Positions 1 through 8,766 of a DNA stretch of 64,000 nucleotides are shown piece by piece. The number at the start of each line of letters is the position of its first letter. Positions within the stretch are counted from its first letter, which is position 1. A model generated the notes under the pieces. That model was given only the letters and a program-made list of their open reading frames with translations. It was not told the origin of the DNA and did no database searches. This DNA comes from an uncultured Vicinamibacteraceae bacterium (GTDB lineage Bacteria; Acidobacteriota; Vicinamibacteria; Vicinamibacterales; UBA8438): NCBI GenBank assembly GCA_964507425.1, contig CAZDQD010000112.1, positions 5,808-69,807 of the forward strand, written 5' to 3'. The translations under genes and the position numbers were made by a program.

Positions 1-240
1 CGGCGTCGCCTTGAAACTCGTCGAGAACGAGGTTTCGACGAATTGATCAAACTACATCAACAGCATCAGGTCGGAAAAATCGGTTCTGTTAAGTACGAAA
101 ATCGTCGAAAAGAGTTATTGGCAAGACTGGAGCGAGTCTACGATGAACTCGATGATGCGGGCGTATCGACTGTGCTCAGTACACGTCACTCTGTCCCAGA
201 TTCCGCACTACTTAATGATCAATCGAGCACCGTAGGGTGA
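1..240 (+). CDS. 3' end of an ORF open to the window edge; charged, coiled-coil-like tail of unknown function
   Basis: Frame 1 has no stop from nt 1 (RRRLETRRERGFDEL...) to TGA 238-240. The stop overlaps the GTG start of ccmA (GTGA), suggesting co-transcription. Confidence 0.45.
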   Translation, partial: RRRLETRRERGFDELIKLHQQHQVGKIGSVKYENRRKELLARLERVYDELDDAGVSTVLSTRHSVPDSALLNDQSSTVG

Positions 241-977
241 GTGTATTCGAGCTTGACGAACTCAACGTGAAGCACGTGTCTCGTCAATATGGACGACGAC
301 GGGCTTTAGCCCGGGTTACGTTCCAGGTCCAATCCGGTCAGGTAGTCGGTTTACTTGGGCCAAATGGGGCGGGCAAGTCCACACTACTGGGTATTCTTGC
401 CACACTTATAGCTCCCTCGTCTGGCAATGTTTTTTACGGTGGCAAATCTTCGAAAGATCTTGGCTCTGTGTTACGGCGACAGATCGGGTTTCTCTCCCAC
501 GACCTTCAGATTTATCCTGAATTGACGGCGAAGGAGAATCTAGAATTCTTTGCGAACTTGTATGGTGAGATGAAGCCAGACGTTTTGGTAGCTAAGGCGT
601 TGGAACGGGCGCGGTTAAGCGACCGTGCAGACGATACGGTCGACGGGTTCTCTCGAGGCATGCGCCAGCGCCTTGCTCTTGAGCGGGCACTGTTACACGA
701 ACCGCGTCTTGTGCTGCTTGATGAACCGTTCACAGGGCTCGATGATCGATCGATTGATGAGCTTTCCGAGCGATTGCGTGCCATTGGTCGTGCAGGACGT
801 ATGGTAATTTTTGCGACCCACGATCTTGACGTTGCCGAAGGCGTGGTAGACCGCGCCCTTGTGCTCCGGAGCGGTCGGATCGCTTTGGTTCAGGATGGAT
901 CCAGTTCGCTGCGCACGCGATACCGGGCCATGTTGCACGAATCACCTAACGTGGGGAACGGCGGTAACCATGGGTGA
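237..977 (+). CDS. ccmA: Haem exporter ABC ATPase CcmA
   Basis: Walker A GPNGAGKST, signature-like FSRGMRQRLAL, Walker B LVLLDEP. Sits first in a ccmA-B-C-D order. Confidence 0.85.
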   Translation: MSVFELDELNVKHVSRQYGRRRALARVTFQVQSGQVVGLLGPNGAGKSTLLGILATLIAPSSGNVFYGGKSSKDLGSVLRRQIGFLSHDLQIYPELTAKENLEFFANLYGEMKPDVLVAKALERARLSDRADDTVDGFSRGMRQRLALERALLHEPRLVLLDEPFTGLDDRSIDELSERLRAIGRAGRMVIFATHDLDVAEGVVDRALVLRSGRIALVQDGSSSLRTRYRAMLHESPNVGNGGNHG

Positions 978-1653
978 TTTTTTTCGCGTCGCCTGGTTGG
1001 TAATGCGGAAAGATGTTCGTATTGAATCTCGGAGTCGAGAGGTTCTTTATACAACGAGCTTTTTTGCGGCTTCTTGTGTTTTGGTGTTTTCGTTTGCGTT
1101 TGTGCGTGCTGGTCGACCTGTAGATGGTGCGGAGGCTGGAATTGTATGGGTCGCACTCGCCTACGCGGGGCAGTTAGCGCTGGGGAGGGCGTTTGAGCGA
1201 GAACTCCACCAGGACGCACTTCGTGGATTGCTGTTAGCGCCGGTTGAGCGTGCGGCTATTTTTGTTGGAAAGTTGTTGGGAATCATGCTGCTTATGGTGC
1301 TTGTTGAAGCGGTTGTTATTTTTTTTGTAGCGCTCTTTTTTTCGACAGCATTTTTTGAATTTCCCCTATTGTTTGTCGCTCTACTCGTTAGCGGGACTAT
1401 TGGATTTGCCGCAGTTGGGGCTCTCTTTGCCGCCATGCTTACGCGGGCGAAAAGTCGAGCTGTTCTGTTGCCTGTACTCTTGTATCCGGTTACGGTTCCA
1501 GTGCTGATTGCGGGTGTTAACGGCACACTTTCCCTTATTCAGGCAGACCCTAACCTTGATTTGGCCCGTTTTTGGCTCGCTTTGGTAACATTTTTTGACG
1601 TGGTCTTTCTTACGTTGGCTCTATGGACATTTGAGCCGCTCATGACAGAATGA
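970..1653 (+). CDS. ccmB: Haem exporter membrane protein CcmB
   Basis: Polytopic hydrophobic protein between ccmA and ccmC. I chose ATG 970 (MGDFFRVAWLVMRKDV), which overlaps the ccmA stop by 8 nt; the ORF-track maximum starts at 859 inside ccmA. Confidence 0.8.
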   Translation: MGDFFRVAWLVMRKDVRIESRSREVLYTTSFFAASCVLVFSFAFVRAGRPVDGAEAGIVWVALAYAGQLALGRAFERELHQDALRGLLLAPVERAAIFVGKLLGIMLLMVLVEAVVIFFVALFFSTAFFEFPLLFVALLVSGTIGFAAVGALFAAMLTRAKSRAVLLPVLLYPVTVPVLIAGVNGTLSLIQADPNLDLARFWLALVTFFDVVFLTLALWTFEPLMTE

Positions 1654-2321
1654 ACGGTGTGAGTCGTAGAACACAGACATTTCTCATCGTTGTTGGTGCA
1701 GTGATGTTCGCTGCCGCGCCTTTGTTGATCGCATCCGCACCCAACGAGGCAACGATGGGGCTTGTGGCAAAGATCCTTTATTTTCATGTTCCGGTTTGGT
1801 TCATGATGTTTCTTGCGGTCTTTATTTGTGGGATTGCGAGTGGGGTTTATCTATTTAAGGGGCGGCCGGCAGCGGACCGACTCGCCGTGTCAGCGGCTGA
1901 ACTCGCTGTCCTATTTGGGGTTATGGGGTTGACGACAGGGCCGCTGTGGGCTCGTGTGTCGTGGGGCGTATGGTGGCCGTGGGATGTACGGACAACGCTC
2001 GCGTTGATTCTCGAGATGAATTTTGTTGCCTACCTGTTGCTCAGAAAATATGGGGGGCCAGGAGCTGAGAAGCTTGCTGCCGGCGTTGCTTTGTTCGGCA
2101 TGTTTAACGTGCCGTTCGTCTATGTGTCAGTGAATGTGTGGCGGACATTGCATCCTGAAACTACGGTTGTTCCGACCCTGCCGACGGCAATGGCTGGGCC
2201 ATTTTGGTGGTGCGTAGTCGCTTATTTTGTTCTGTTTTTGGTGATGCTGGGCGGTCGGAGACGGCTTGAAGACCAACGTGCGAGGTTAGATGAACTTCGT
2301 TTTGCTTATGAGGAAGAATAG
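1650..2321 (+). CDS. ccmC: Haem lyase/exporter subunit CcmC
   Basis: Trp-rich WWD-type motif WGVWWPWDVR, multiple TM segments, ATGA overlap with ccmB. Confidence 0.88.
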   Translation: MNGVSRRTQTFLIVVGAVMFAAAPLLIASAPNEATMGLVAKILYFHVPVWFMMFLAVFICGIASGVYLFKGRPAADRLAVSAAELAVLFGVMGLTTGPLWARVSWGVWWPWDVRTTLALILEMNFVAYLLLRKYGGPGAEKLAAGVALFGMFNVPFVYVSVNVWRTLHPETTVVPTLPTAMAGPFWWCVVAYFVLFLVMLGGRRRLEDQRARLDELRFAYEEE

Positions 2322-2340
2322 ACGGCTACGTCTGAGTGAC

Positions 2341-2676
2341 ATGCGAATTCTACGAACGTTTAGAGCGATGAGATATTTTTTGAGGGGAGCCGTACTGCTG
2401 GTAGCGCTTTTGCTTATTGGTTCTCAAGCTACGGTGATCGTGGAGGCAACGCAACCGGCTCCCGTTGAGGAGTTTGTTCCGATCGGTGAACTGCCCGAGG
2501 AAGAGCGTTTGCCAGCCGCACCGTTCCTTATTTCTGCTTATTCGATCGTTTGGATTCTGGCTTTTGGTTATTTTTGGATGTTGTCGAGACGCCTTTCTGC
2601 CGTTGAACGGGAAATGGTGACACTAACGAAGCGTCGTGACGACGCAACTGGTGGTACGTCTGAGAGTTCGTTTTAA
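2341..2676 (+). CDS. ccmD: CcmD-like small membrane protein, unusually long with an extra N-terminal TM or signal segment
   Basis: The C-terminal TM PFLISAYSIVWILAFGYFWMLSRRLSAVERE resembles the CcmD TM plus basic tail. Position directly after ccmC. ATG 2341 chosen; the ORF maximum (2290) overlaps ccmC. Confidence 0.6.
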   Translation: MRILRTFRAMRYFLRGAVLLVALLLIGSQATVIVEATQPAPVEEFVPIGELPEEERLPAAPFLISAYSIVWILAFGYFWMLSRRLSAVEREMVTLTKRRDDATGGTSESSF

Positions 2677-2852
2677 TGTTCGATATGACCGCCGGGCATT
2701 TTGTATTCATTCCCGCCGTCATGCTGCTTGGTATGGTCATAGGGTGGATCTTGGGTTCACGTGCTGCCGCTGACGCTTATGCCGTTGAGTTGCGCCGCCG
2801 CGAAGAGCGCGCAAGCCGACAGCGCGGCGCTGAACGACCATCAACTTCCTAG
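2676..2852 (+). CDS. 58-aa single-TM protein with an Arg-rich tail, translationally coupled to the ccmD-like gene (below the ORF-track cutoff)
   Basis: TAATG stop/start overlap at 2674-2678. Hand translation: MFDMTAGHFVFIPAVMLLGMVIGWILGSRAAADAYAVELRRREERASRQRGAERPSTS, stop TAG 2850-2852. Confidence 0.45.
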   Translation: MFDMTAGHFVFIPAVMLLGMVIGWILGSRAAADAYAVELRRREERASRQRGAERPSTS

Positions 2853-2895
2853 CGTAAGAGATTAACTCCACCGTGTTTTTGCTTATTCCGCGATG

Positions 2896-3408
2896 CTACG
2901 TGAGCGGTCCGCCATCGATCTGATTGAGAATCGTGTCGGCAAGTTCTTTTGCGGTCGACTGGTTTGCGTCGATGTGAAGATGGGCTTTTTTGTAACCAGG
3001 CTGTCTAGACTGGTAGAGCGCTTTCATTTCATCGTGGTTGCGAGCCAGTGGTCGTAAACTATCATCGGAAAGCCGACGGATTACTGTTTCAAAAGAAACG
3101 TCAAGCCAGACGGAGGCGCCATTTGTGTTGATGTCGATTGCATTGTCTCCGTGCACAAATGTGCCTCCACCCGTAGCAACTACCACGTGGCTGTCCTTGA
3201 GAAGTTCGCGAAGTATCCGTGTTTCGATGTCCCGGAAGTATTGTTCACCGTGAGACGAAAAGATCTCGGTGATAGTTCGTTCTTCCTGGGCCTCAATTCG
3301 GTGGTCTAGGTCTACAACTTGCCATCCGAGCTTGTTGCTAAGTGCTGTTGCGACCGTTGATTTTCCCGAAGCCATGAAGCCTACGAGAAATATCTTGTCA
3401 GGGTGCAC
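2896..3408 (-). CDS. aroK: Shikimate kinase
   Basis: 170 aa, Walker A GFMASGKST, typical size, adjacent to aroA. Confidence 0.88.
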   Translation of the reverse strand: MHPDKIFLVGFMASGKSTVATALSNKLGWQVVDLDHRIEAQEERTITEIFSSHGEQYFRDIETRILRELLKDSHVVVATGGGTFVHGDNAIDINTNGASVWLDVSFETVIRRLSDDSLRPLARNHDEMKALYQSRQPGYKKAHLHIDANQSTAKELADTILNQIDGGPLT

Positions 3409-3453
3409 GTTGCGCAGTGTATCAAGTGCTGGGACACTTCGACCGCGCGTAGG

Positions 3454-4764
3454 CTAACTGCGTAAGGATTCGAGGATGGCAAAGAACCCTGGATAGGAGA
3501 TACGAACGACGCCAGCGTTTTTAATGGTGCTCGGATTCTTTCCAGCGAGGGCGGCGATGGCGAATGCCATGGCAAGTCGATGATCGCCGGCCGCGTCAGC
3601 AACACCGCCTGAGATGGGCCCGTTATGTGTTACCCGAAATCCATCATGCCGTTCTTCCACGTCGGCCCCTAGATTTTTCAGCCCGTGTGAAAACGCTGTA
3701 ATCCTGTCACTTTCTTTATGGCGAAGTTCGGTAGCACCTGAAACGTCGATGGAGCCACCGTGGACTGCGAGTGCGCCTAGCGCTGGCAGTTCATCAATAA
3801 GTCCAGGAACCTCTGATGACGAAACAGAGATGTGCCGTAGTGCTCTGTGCTGTGCCCGGATACTGCCAAACGGTTCTCCGGCTGAGGTTGAGTGAGTTGT
3901 TACTTCGATGTTAGCGCCCGCTCTTTTGAGAATATAGAGATAGCCGAGTCGAGTTGGATTTAGGCTAACGTTAGTGATGGTGATGTCGGAACCTGGCACC
4001 GCCGCCGCGGCAACCAACCAAAACGCAGCCGATGATGGGTCTCCCGGCACCGTGAGGTTAGCGGGGCGTAGTGTGGTACCTCCTGTCACAGCAATACTAT
4101 TCTCCGAAATGGTCAGTTGGGCACCGAACGCTTTTAAGGCTCGTTCGGAATGATCTCTTGTCGGCGTCGGTTCGTGCACTCGTGTAGTGCCGTTTGCATG
4201 GAGGCCCGCTAAAAGAATGGCACTTTTTACTTGTGCGCTCGCGACGGGCGGTGTGTAGGAGATGCCATTCAATTGTGCACCTCGTATTGTCAATGGTGCG
4301 TGTCCGTCGGTGGCTTCTACACCAGCTCCCATGCGTTGTAGCGGGTCGATGATACGTTTCATTGGACGCTGCTGGAGTGAGCTGTCACCCGTTAGGACGG
4401 TATCGAATGGATGTCCTGCGAGAATTCCGGCGAGTAATCGCATGGTCGTTCCTGAATTTCCGGTGTCAAGGGCAAGGTCTGTTTGTTGCAATGACCCTAA
4501 GCCGGTGCCATGCACAACGACGGTTTGCCCAAAGGCCTCAACGTCTGCTCTCGAGTCAATACGAACCCCAAGTGACCTGAGGCAGGAAAGCGTAGATTGA
4601 CAATCTGCTCCAGTGGAGTAGCCGGAAATGATTGAGGTCCCCGCTGCGAGCGCAGCTAACATCGCGTAGCGATGTGAAATAGATTTATCGCCTGGCACCT
4701 GTACGTTCCCGTGCAGCCTCTCTGCTGGTGCAACGGTTACGGCAGACGATTTCGTCGAATTCAT
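3454..4764 (-). CDS. aroA: 3-phosphoshikimate 1-carboxyvinyltransferase (EPSP synthase)
   Basis: 436 aa with LDTGNSGTTMRLL and LRHKESDRI motifs typical of EPSPS. Confidence 0.92.
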   Translation of the reverse strand: MNSTKSSAVTVAPAERLHGNVQVPGDKSISHRYAMLAALAAGTSIISGYSTGADCQSTLSCLRSLGVRIDSRADVEAFGQTVVVHGTGLGSLQQTDLALDTGNSGTTMRLLAGILAGHPFDTVLTGDSSLQQRPMKRIIDPLQRMGAGVEATDGHAPLTIRGAQLNGISYTPPVASAQVKSAILLAGLHANGTTRVHEPTPTRDHSERALKAFGAQLTISENSIAVTGGTTLRPANLTVPGDPSSAAFWLVAAAAVPGSDITITNVSLNPTRLGYLYILKRAGANIEVTTHSTSAGEPFGSIRAQHRALRHISVSSSEVPGLIDELPALGALAVHGGSIDVSGATELRHKESDRITAFSHGLKNLGADVEERHDGFRVTHNGPISGGVADAAGDHRLAMAFAIAALAGKNPSTIKNAGVVRISYPGFFAILESLRS

Positions 4765-4970
4765 GCCGAACTATAACCTAAGCTGTTTGCTCACCCACTT
4801 AAGGCGATAGTATCTTTAACGAATTGTTTTAAAAGACGTTACATCTGTATCTCAGAATGTTCCCATCATCTTTCCTCGGCGTGTATTCGAGCGTTCGGAG
4901 AGTTTAGTGCGTGGGGCTAATCTGGTGTGAGGTGGTAAACAGTAATGAAAAACATTTGGGATTCACTTCC

Positions 4971-5807
4971 ATGAATGCCGTGCAGTCGTCTGAACGTAAG
5001 GCCGGTTCCCGTTTGGATCCGATTCTTGTGGCGACGGCGAGTGAGGCAGTCCTGCGTGCCGGTGCGACGCAGCGTCAATATTTCCGCCAGGATGTCCGAG
5101 TGGACAAAAAGGGTCGTATCGACTTGGTGACTGAGGTTGACCTTGCGATTGAGCGTGATTTTCGAGCGATGATTAGTGAACGGTTCCCAACCCATGCCGT
5201 GCTCGGAGAAGAATTGGGTGAGTACATACCAACCAGCAGCGGCGCATCCCATTGCTGGGTTTTTGATCCGATTGACGGTACCGTTAATTTTGCGCATGGC
5301 CTACCCATTTTTTGTGCGTCACTAGCGCTTGAAATAGACGGAACGCCAGTTATTGCAGCGGTCTACGATCCGATGCGTGAAGAACTGTTTACGGCTGAGC
5401 GCGGCGAAGGAGCGCGTCTTAACGGGCGTCCGCTTCATGTCTCGAATTGTGACGGTTTGGTTGATGCGATGCTCTGTACGGGCTTTCCATACGATGTGCA
5501 CGAGACTCTTGACGAACTTGTTGGTTTGTTCGGTGACTTTGTCGGAGTTGCTCGCGCTGTCAGAAGGCTAGGTTCGGCGGCTCTCGACCTCTGTTACGTG
5601 GCTGCCGGTAGATTTGATGGTTTTTGGGAACAGCGACTGCATCCGTGGGACATGGCCGCTGGCGCTCTCCTTGTGAAAGAGGCGGGAGGAAGTGTGAGTA
5701 CCCTGCGCGGGGGTCGGTTTTCAAGCCGTGAGGGTTCCATTGTGGCGTCGAATACACACGTACACTCGGCAATGCTCAGTAGGATCTCTGACCGTTTGTC
5801 GAATTAG
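4971..5807 (+). CDS. Inositol monophosphatase family protein (SuhB-like)
   Basis: WVFDPIDGTVNF and HPWDMAAG motifs. ATG 4971 (MNAVQSS...) preferred over the GTG at 4911. Confidence 0.85.
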   Translation: MNAVQSSERKAGSRLDPILVATASEAVLRAGATQRQYFRQDVRVDKKGRIDLVTEVDLAIERDFRAMISERFPTHAVLGEELGEYIPTSSGASHCWVFDPIDGTVNFAHGLPIFCASLALEIDGTPVIAAVYDPMREELFTAERGEGARLNGRPLHVSNCDGLVDAMLCTGFPYDVHETLDELVGLFGDFVGVARAVRRLGSAALDLCYVAAGRFDGFWEQRLHPWDMAAGALLVKEAGGSVSTLRGGRFSSREGSIVASNTHVHSAMLSRISDRLSN

Positions 5808-5912
5808 GTGTTGCAACCGGAGTTGCGTGTTGAGTTGTTAGACGCGGACGATTCAAATCTTGGTGTTTCGATTCCTGTTATTCCGTGGCATTTCGTGTGT
5901 CAGCTATAATGT

Positions 5913-6530
5913 GTGATCTCAGTGTCCGGTATCGTTAGTTGGGTCCAGGCGTTCGCCCTCACCATCGGAGGACCCGGCCTTTTTCTAGTCGCCTTTCTCG
6001 ATTCGTCTTTTTTGTCGCTGCCGGAGATCAACGACTTGCTTGTCGTGATGCTGGTAATACAAAACAAGGAGTTGATGCTCTATTACGCGTTGATGGCTAC
6101 CTTGGGTTCAATTTTAGGTTGTTTCGTTTTGTATTTTGTCGGTAGACGTGGCGGTGACGCTCTGATGAGGCGACGGTTTGCAGGTCCTAAGCTGCGACGC
6201 GCGACTGAGTTATCGAAACGCTATGGCGTGTTGGCAGTTGCTATTCCCGCGATATTGCCGCCCCCAGCACCGTTCAAGATTTTCGTGCTACTCGCTGGGG
6301 TGGCGCGTGTTCCAGTTTGGCAATTTGTGTCAGCGATTGCTGTGGCAAGAGGATTTCGTTACGTTGCCGTTGGAATTTTGGCGGTGCAGTATGGTGATGA
6401 TGCGATGGCATTCTTGCACGAAAATGGACAAGTCGTGTCGATTGTTATCGTTGCATTGCTATTGTGCGCCGGCCTGAGCTATGTATTATGGTCCCGCCGG
6501 CGAGCTGCTGTAAGGACGGCCGATCTATAA
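5913..6530 (+). CDS. DedA-superfamily (YqaA-like, VTT/SNARE-associated domain) membrane protein
   Basis: FLDSSFLSLPEINDLL, YFVGRRGG and IPAILPPPAPFKIFVLLAG match the YqaA/DedA pattern. GTG start is uncertain. Confidence 0.7.
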   Translation: MISVSGIVSWVQAFALTIGGPGLFLVAFLDSSFLSLPEINDLLVVMLVIQNKELMLYYALMATLGSILGCFVLYFVGRRGGDALMRRRFAGPKLRRATELSKRYGVLAVAIPAILPPPAPFKIFVLLAGVARVPVWQFVSAIAVARGFRYVAVGILAVQYGDDAMAFLHENGQVVSIVIVALLLCAGLSYVLWSRRRAAVRTADL

Positions 6531-6546
6531 TCGACCGCCTAGATTT

Positions 6547-7506
6547 ATGGCCCTTGATCTGTCTGTAGTGATTCCGCTGTTCAATGAAGAACCCAACGTT
6601 GGAGAGCTCTACCGTGAATTGTCGAAAACACTCACTGATTGGCATGGGACGTATGAAATTATTCTCGTCGATGATGGGAGTACGGATGGAACATTTGAAC
6701 ATTTGCAACGAATTCAGGCTGCCGATGCATCTGTTCGTGTCATTCGGTTGCGTCGCAATTTCGGTCAGACCGCAGCATTTGTTGCAGGATTTGACCATGC
6801 GCGTGGACGGTTAATTGTCACGCTTGACGGTGACCTTCAGAACGATCCAAGTGATATCCCCTCCCTGATCGACAAGTTAAACGAGGGGTATGACATCGTG
6901 TGTGGATGGCGTCGAAACAGGAAGGACCCTTGGCTGACGAGAGTGTTGGTCTCCAATGTCGCGAACGGGATTATTTCATGGACGACCGGAGTGCATTTAC
7001 ACGACTATGGTTGTTCACTTAAAGCGTTTCGAAGTGAAGTTGTTCGGTCGTTGCGTCTGTACGGTGAAATGCATCGCTTCATTCCAGCAATTGCCAGCGA
7101 ACAGGGAGTTGGTATTGCTGAGCTTGTGGTGAATCATCGACCACGTCGTTCTGGTTCGTCGAAGTACGGATTGTCTCGAATCGTTCGTGTACTACTTGAT
7201 CTTTTTACAGTTAAATTTTTAGTAAGTTATTCGACACGGCCGTTGCAAATGTTTGGCCCTCCGGGGTTAATCATGGGGGTCGCGGGAGTTGCGATTGTCG
7301 GGTACCTTGGTTACGTTCGGCTATTCGCTGGCCAGGCGATAGGCGACCGGCCACTGTTGTTGCTTGGCATTTTGATGGTCTTTGCAGGCATTCAACTCGT
7401 TACACTTGGTTTGTTGGCGGAATTACAGGCCCGGACCTATCACGAATCGCAGAATAAGCCGATATACGTGTTACGAGATCTACTGGAGTCCGGTAACGCT
7501 GACTGA
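6547..7506 (+). CDS. GT2 polyprenyl-phosphate glycosyltransferase (GtrB/ArnC/DPM1-like)
   Basis: VVIPLFNEE, VDDGSTDGT and DGDLQND motifs plus two C-terminal TM helices, typical of lipid-carrier-charging GT2 enzymes. Confidence 0.85.
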   Translation: MALDLSVVIPLFNEEPNVGELYRELSKTLTDWHGTYEIILVDDGSTDGTFEHLQRIQAADASVRVIRLRRNFGQTAAFVAGFDHARGRLIVTLDGDLQNDPSDIPSLIDKLNEGYDIVCGWRRNRKDPWLTRVLVSNVANGIISWTTGVHLHDYGCSLKAFRSEVVRSLRLYGEMHRFIPAIASEQGVGIAELVVNHRPRRSGSSKYGLSRIVRVLLDLFTVKFLVSYSTRPLQMFGPPGLIMGVAGVAIVGYLGYVRLFAGQAIGDRPLLLLGILMVFAGIQLVTLGLLAELQARTYHESQNKPIYVLRDLLESGNAD

Positions 7507-7697
7507 CGCGGACTCATTTCTTTAGATGTTTATGTTGTGTACGAGCTGGGTTTCTAGTGATCGTCTGCGAATTAGTTGTGTGTGTCCATTTCATTTAGTT
7601 TGCGGGGCGTATGTGGTGACGCATTTGAGACACTCAGAGTGTTGATCTCCTTGCTGAAGCCACTACAGACGCTTGGGTATTTTGTTGATTGTGTTTC

Positions 7698-8759
7698 ATG
7701 ATAAATCTTAAATTACGGCTAAGCATTGCTGTCCTTGTCGGACTAGCAGCTTCATGCAGTGAGTCGACTGTAGAACCACCGTTGGCGCCGTCGCCGCTTA
7801 GCACTGAGAAGATCAATAGTTTGACGATTGGTTGTCCGGTGGAGGTACGGGTTCAGTCGCTTGACGGCGAGCCGGTCGTGGTGTCGTATCCGGCGATCAC
7901 CACACAAGGGGGAGACCCTCCGGTCGTGGTTGACTGCGATCCAGACTCAGGCACCTCCTTCCCAGTCGGTCGGCGGGGTGTTAATTGCAGTGCGACTGAC
8001 AAGATTGGACAGGTGGTGAGTTGTTCATTCGATGCTGTGGTTCTTTCTGCTCCTCAGCTTAGCGTTACCAAGATCTTGGCTTTTGGGGATAGCCTTACCG
8101 CTGGCGTAGTCTCGCAGCAGTACATTGACACCATTCGTTTGGCGCTGGAGACGCAGAATTCTTACCCAACAAAATTACAGGTACGTCTTGCGCAAGCCTA
8201 TCGCACCCAGACGATCTCTGTCGTGAATGAAGGTCTGTCTGGTGAAAAGGCGTCTGAGGCGGCGTCACGATTGCAATCAGCATTGTCCACACATGATCCA
8301 GATGTTGTTTTATTGATGGAAGGCACGAATGACCTCGGCACACCAGGCGTAAGCGTATCGGCAACCGTTTCGAGTATGGAAACACTTGTGGGTCTGATTG
8401 AGTCGGCTGGTGCCGATGTGGTACTGGCAACAGTTCCGCCTATTCGACCATACGGCGAGGGTGAAAATGCGGCCTTAGTTGACCCATATAATATAAATCT
8501 TCGTTCACTCGCGTCGCGTCGTGGTGTGTCACTGGTCGACGTCCACACAGTTATCACGAATGGTAATTGTTCAGCGAGTTCCAACGTGTCAACTCCATGT
8601 GTCGGACAAGACAATATACATTTAACGCGTGAGGGCTACTCGTTGGTTGCCGAGGCTTTCTTTGATCGAATTGTGGCTCTTTACGATAGCCCGGTGGCAG
8701 TGCCGACGATCGGATTATTTGGACATGGGAATGTTTCTGGAATGCTTAGGAAAGATTGA
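7698..8759 (+). CDS. Lipoprotein with an N-terminal HYR-like domain and a C-terminal SGNH/GDSL hydrolase
   Basis: Lipobox LAASC. The HYR-like stretch runs CPVEVRV...VDCDPDSGTSFPVGRRGVNCSATD...CSFDAVV. SGNH blocks are AFGDSLTAG, MEGTNDLG and QDNIHLT. ATG 7698 preferred over TTG 7689. Confidence 0.75.
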   Translation: MINLKLRLSIAVLVGLAASCSESTVEPPLAPSPLSTEKINSLTIGCPVEVRVQSLDGEPVVVSYPAITTQGGDPPVVVDCDPDSGTSFPVGRRGVNCSATDKIGQVVSCSFDAVVLSAPQLSVTKILAFGDSLTAGVVSQQYIDTIRLALETQNSYPTKLQVRLAQAYRTQTISVVNEGLSGEKASEAASRLQSALSTHDPDVVLLMEGTNDLGTPGVSVSATVSSMETLVGLIESAGADVVLATVPPIRPYGEGENAALVDPYNINLRSLASRRGVSLVDVHTVITNGNCSASSNVSTPCVGQDNIHLTREGYSLVAEAFFDRIVALYDSPVAVPTIGLFGHGNVSGMLRKD

Positions 8760-8766
8760 CGCGCTG

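Noticed and set aside
859-969. ORF-track N-terminal extensions overlapping upstream genes (859-969 for ccmB; also 8629-8766, 56960-57145, 47230-47370)
   Set aside because: In each case an internal start gives a sensible signal peptide or conserved N-terminus and removes a long overlap with a well-supported upstream gene. The extensions have no family-like sequence.
7630-7642. 13-nt palindrome ACACTC-A-GAGTGT 55 nt upstream of the HYR-SGNH gene, as a possible operator
   Set aside because: A 6-bp-arm palindrome is expected by chance at a non-trivial rate in a roughly 190-nt AT-rich spacer. There is no second copy elsewhere in the window to support a regulon motif.
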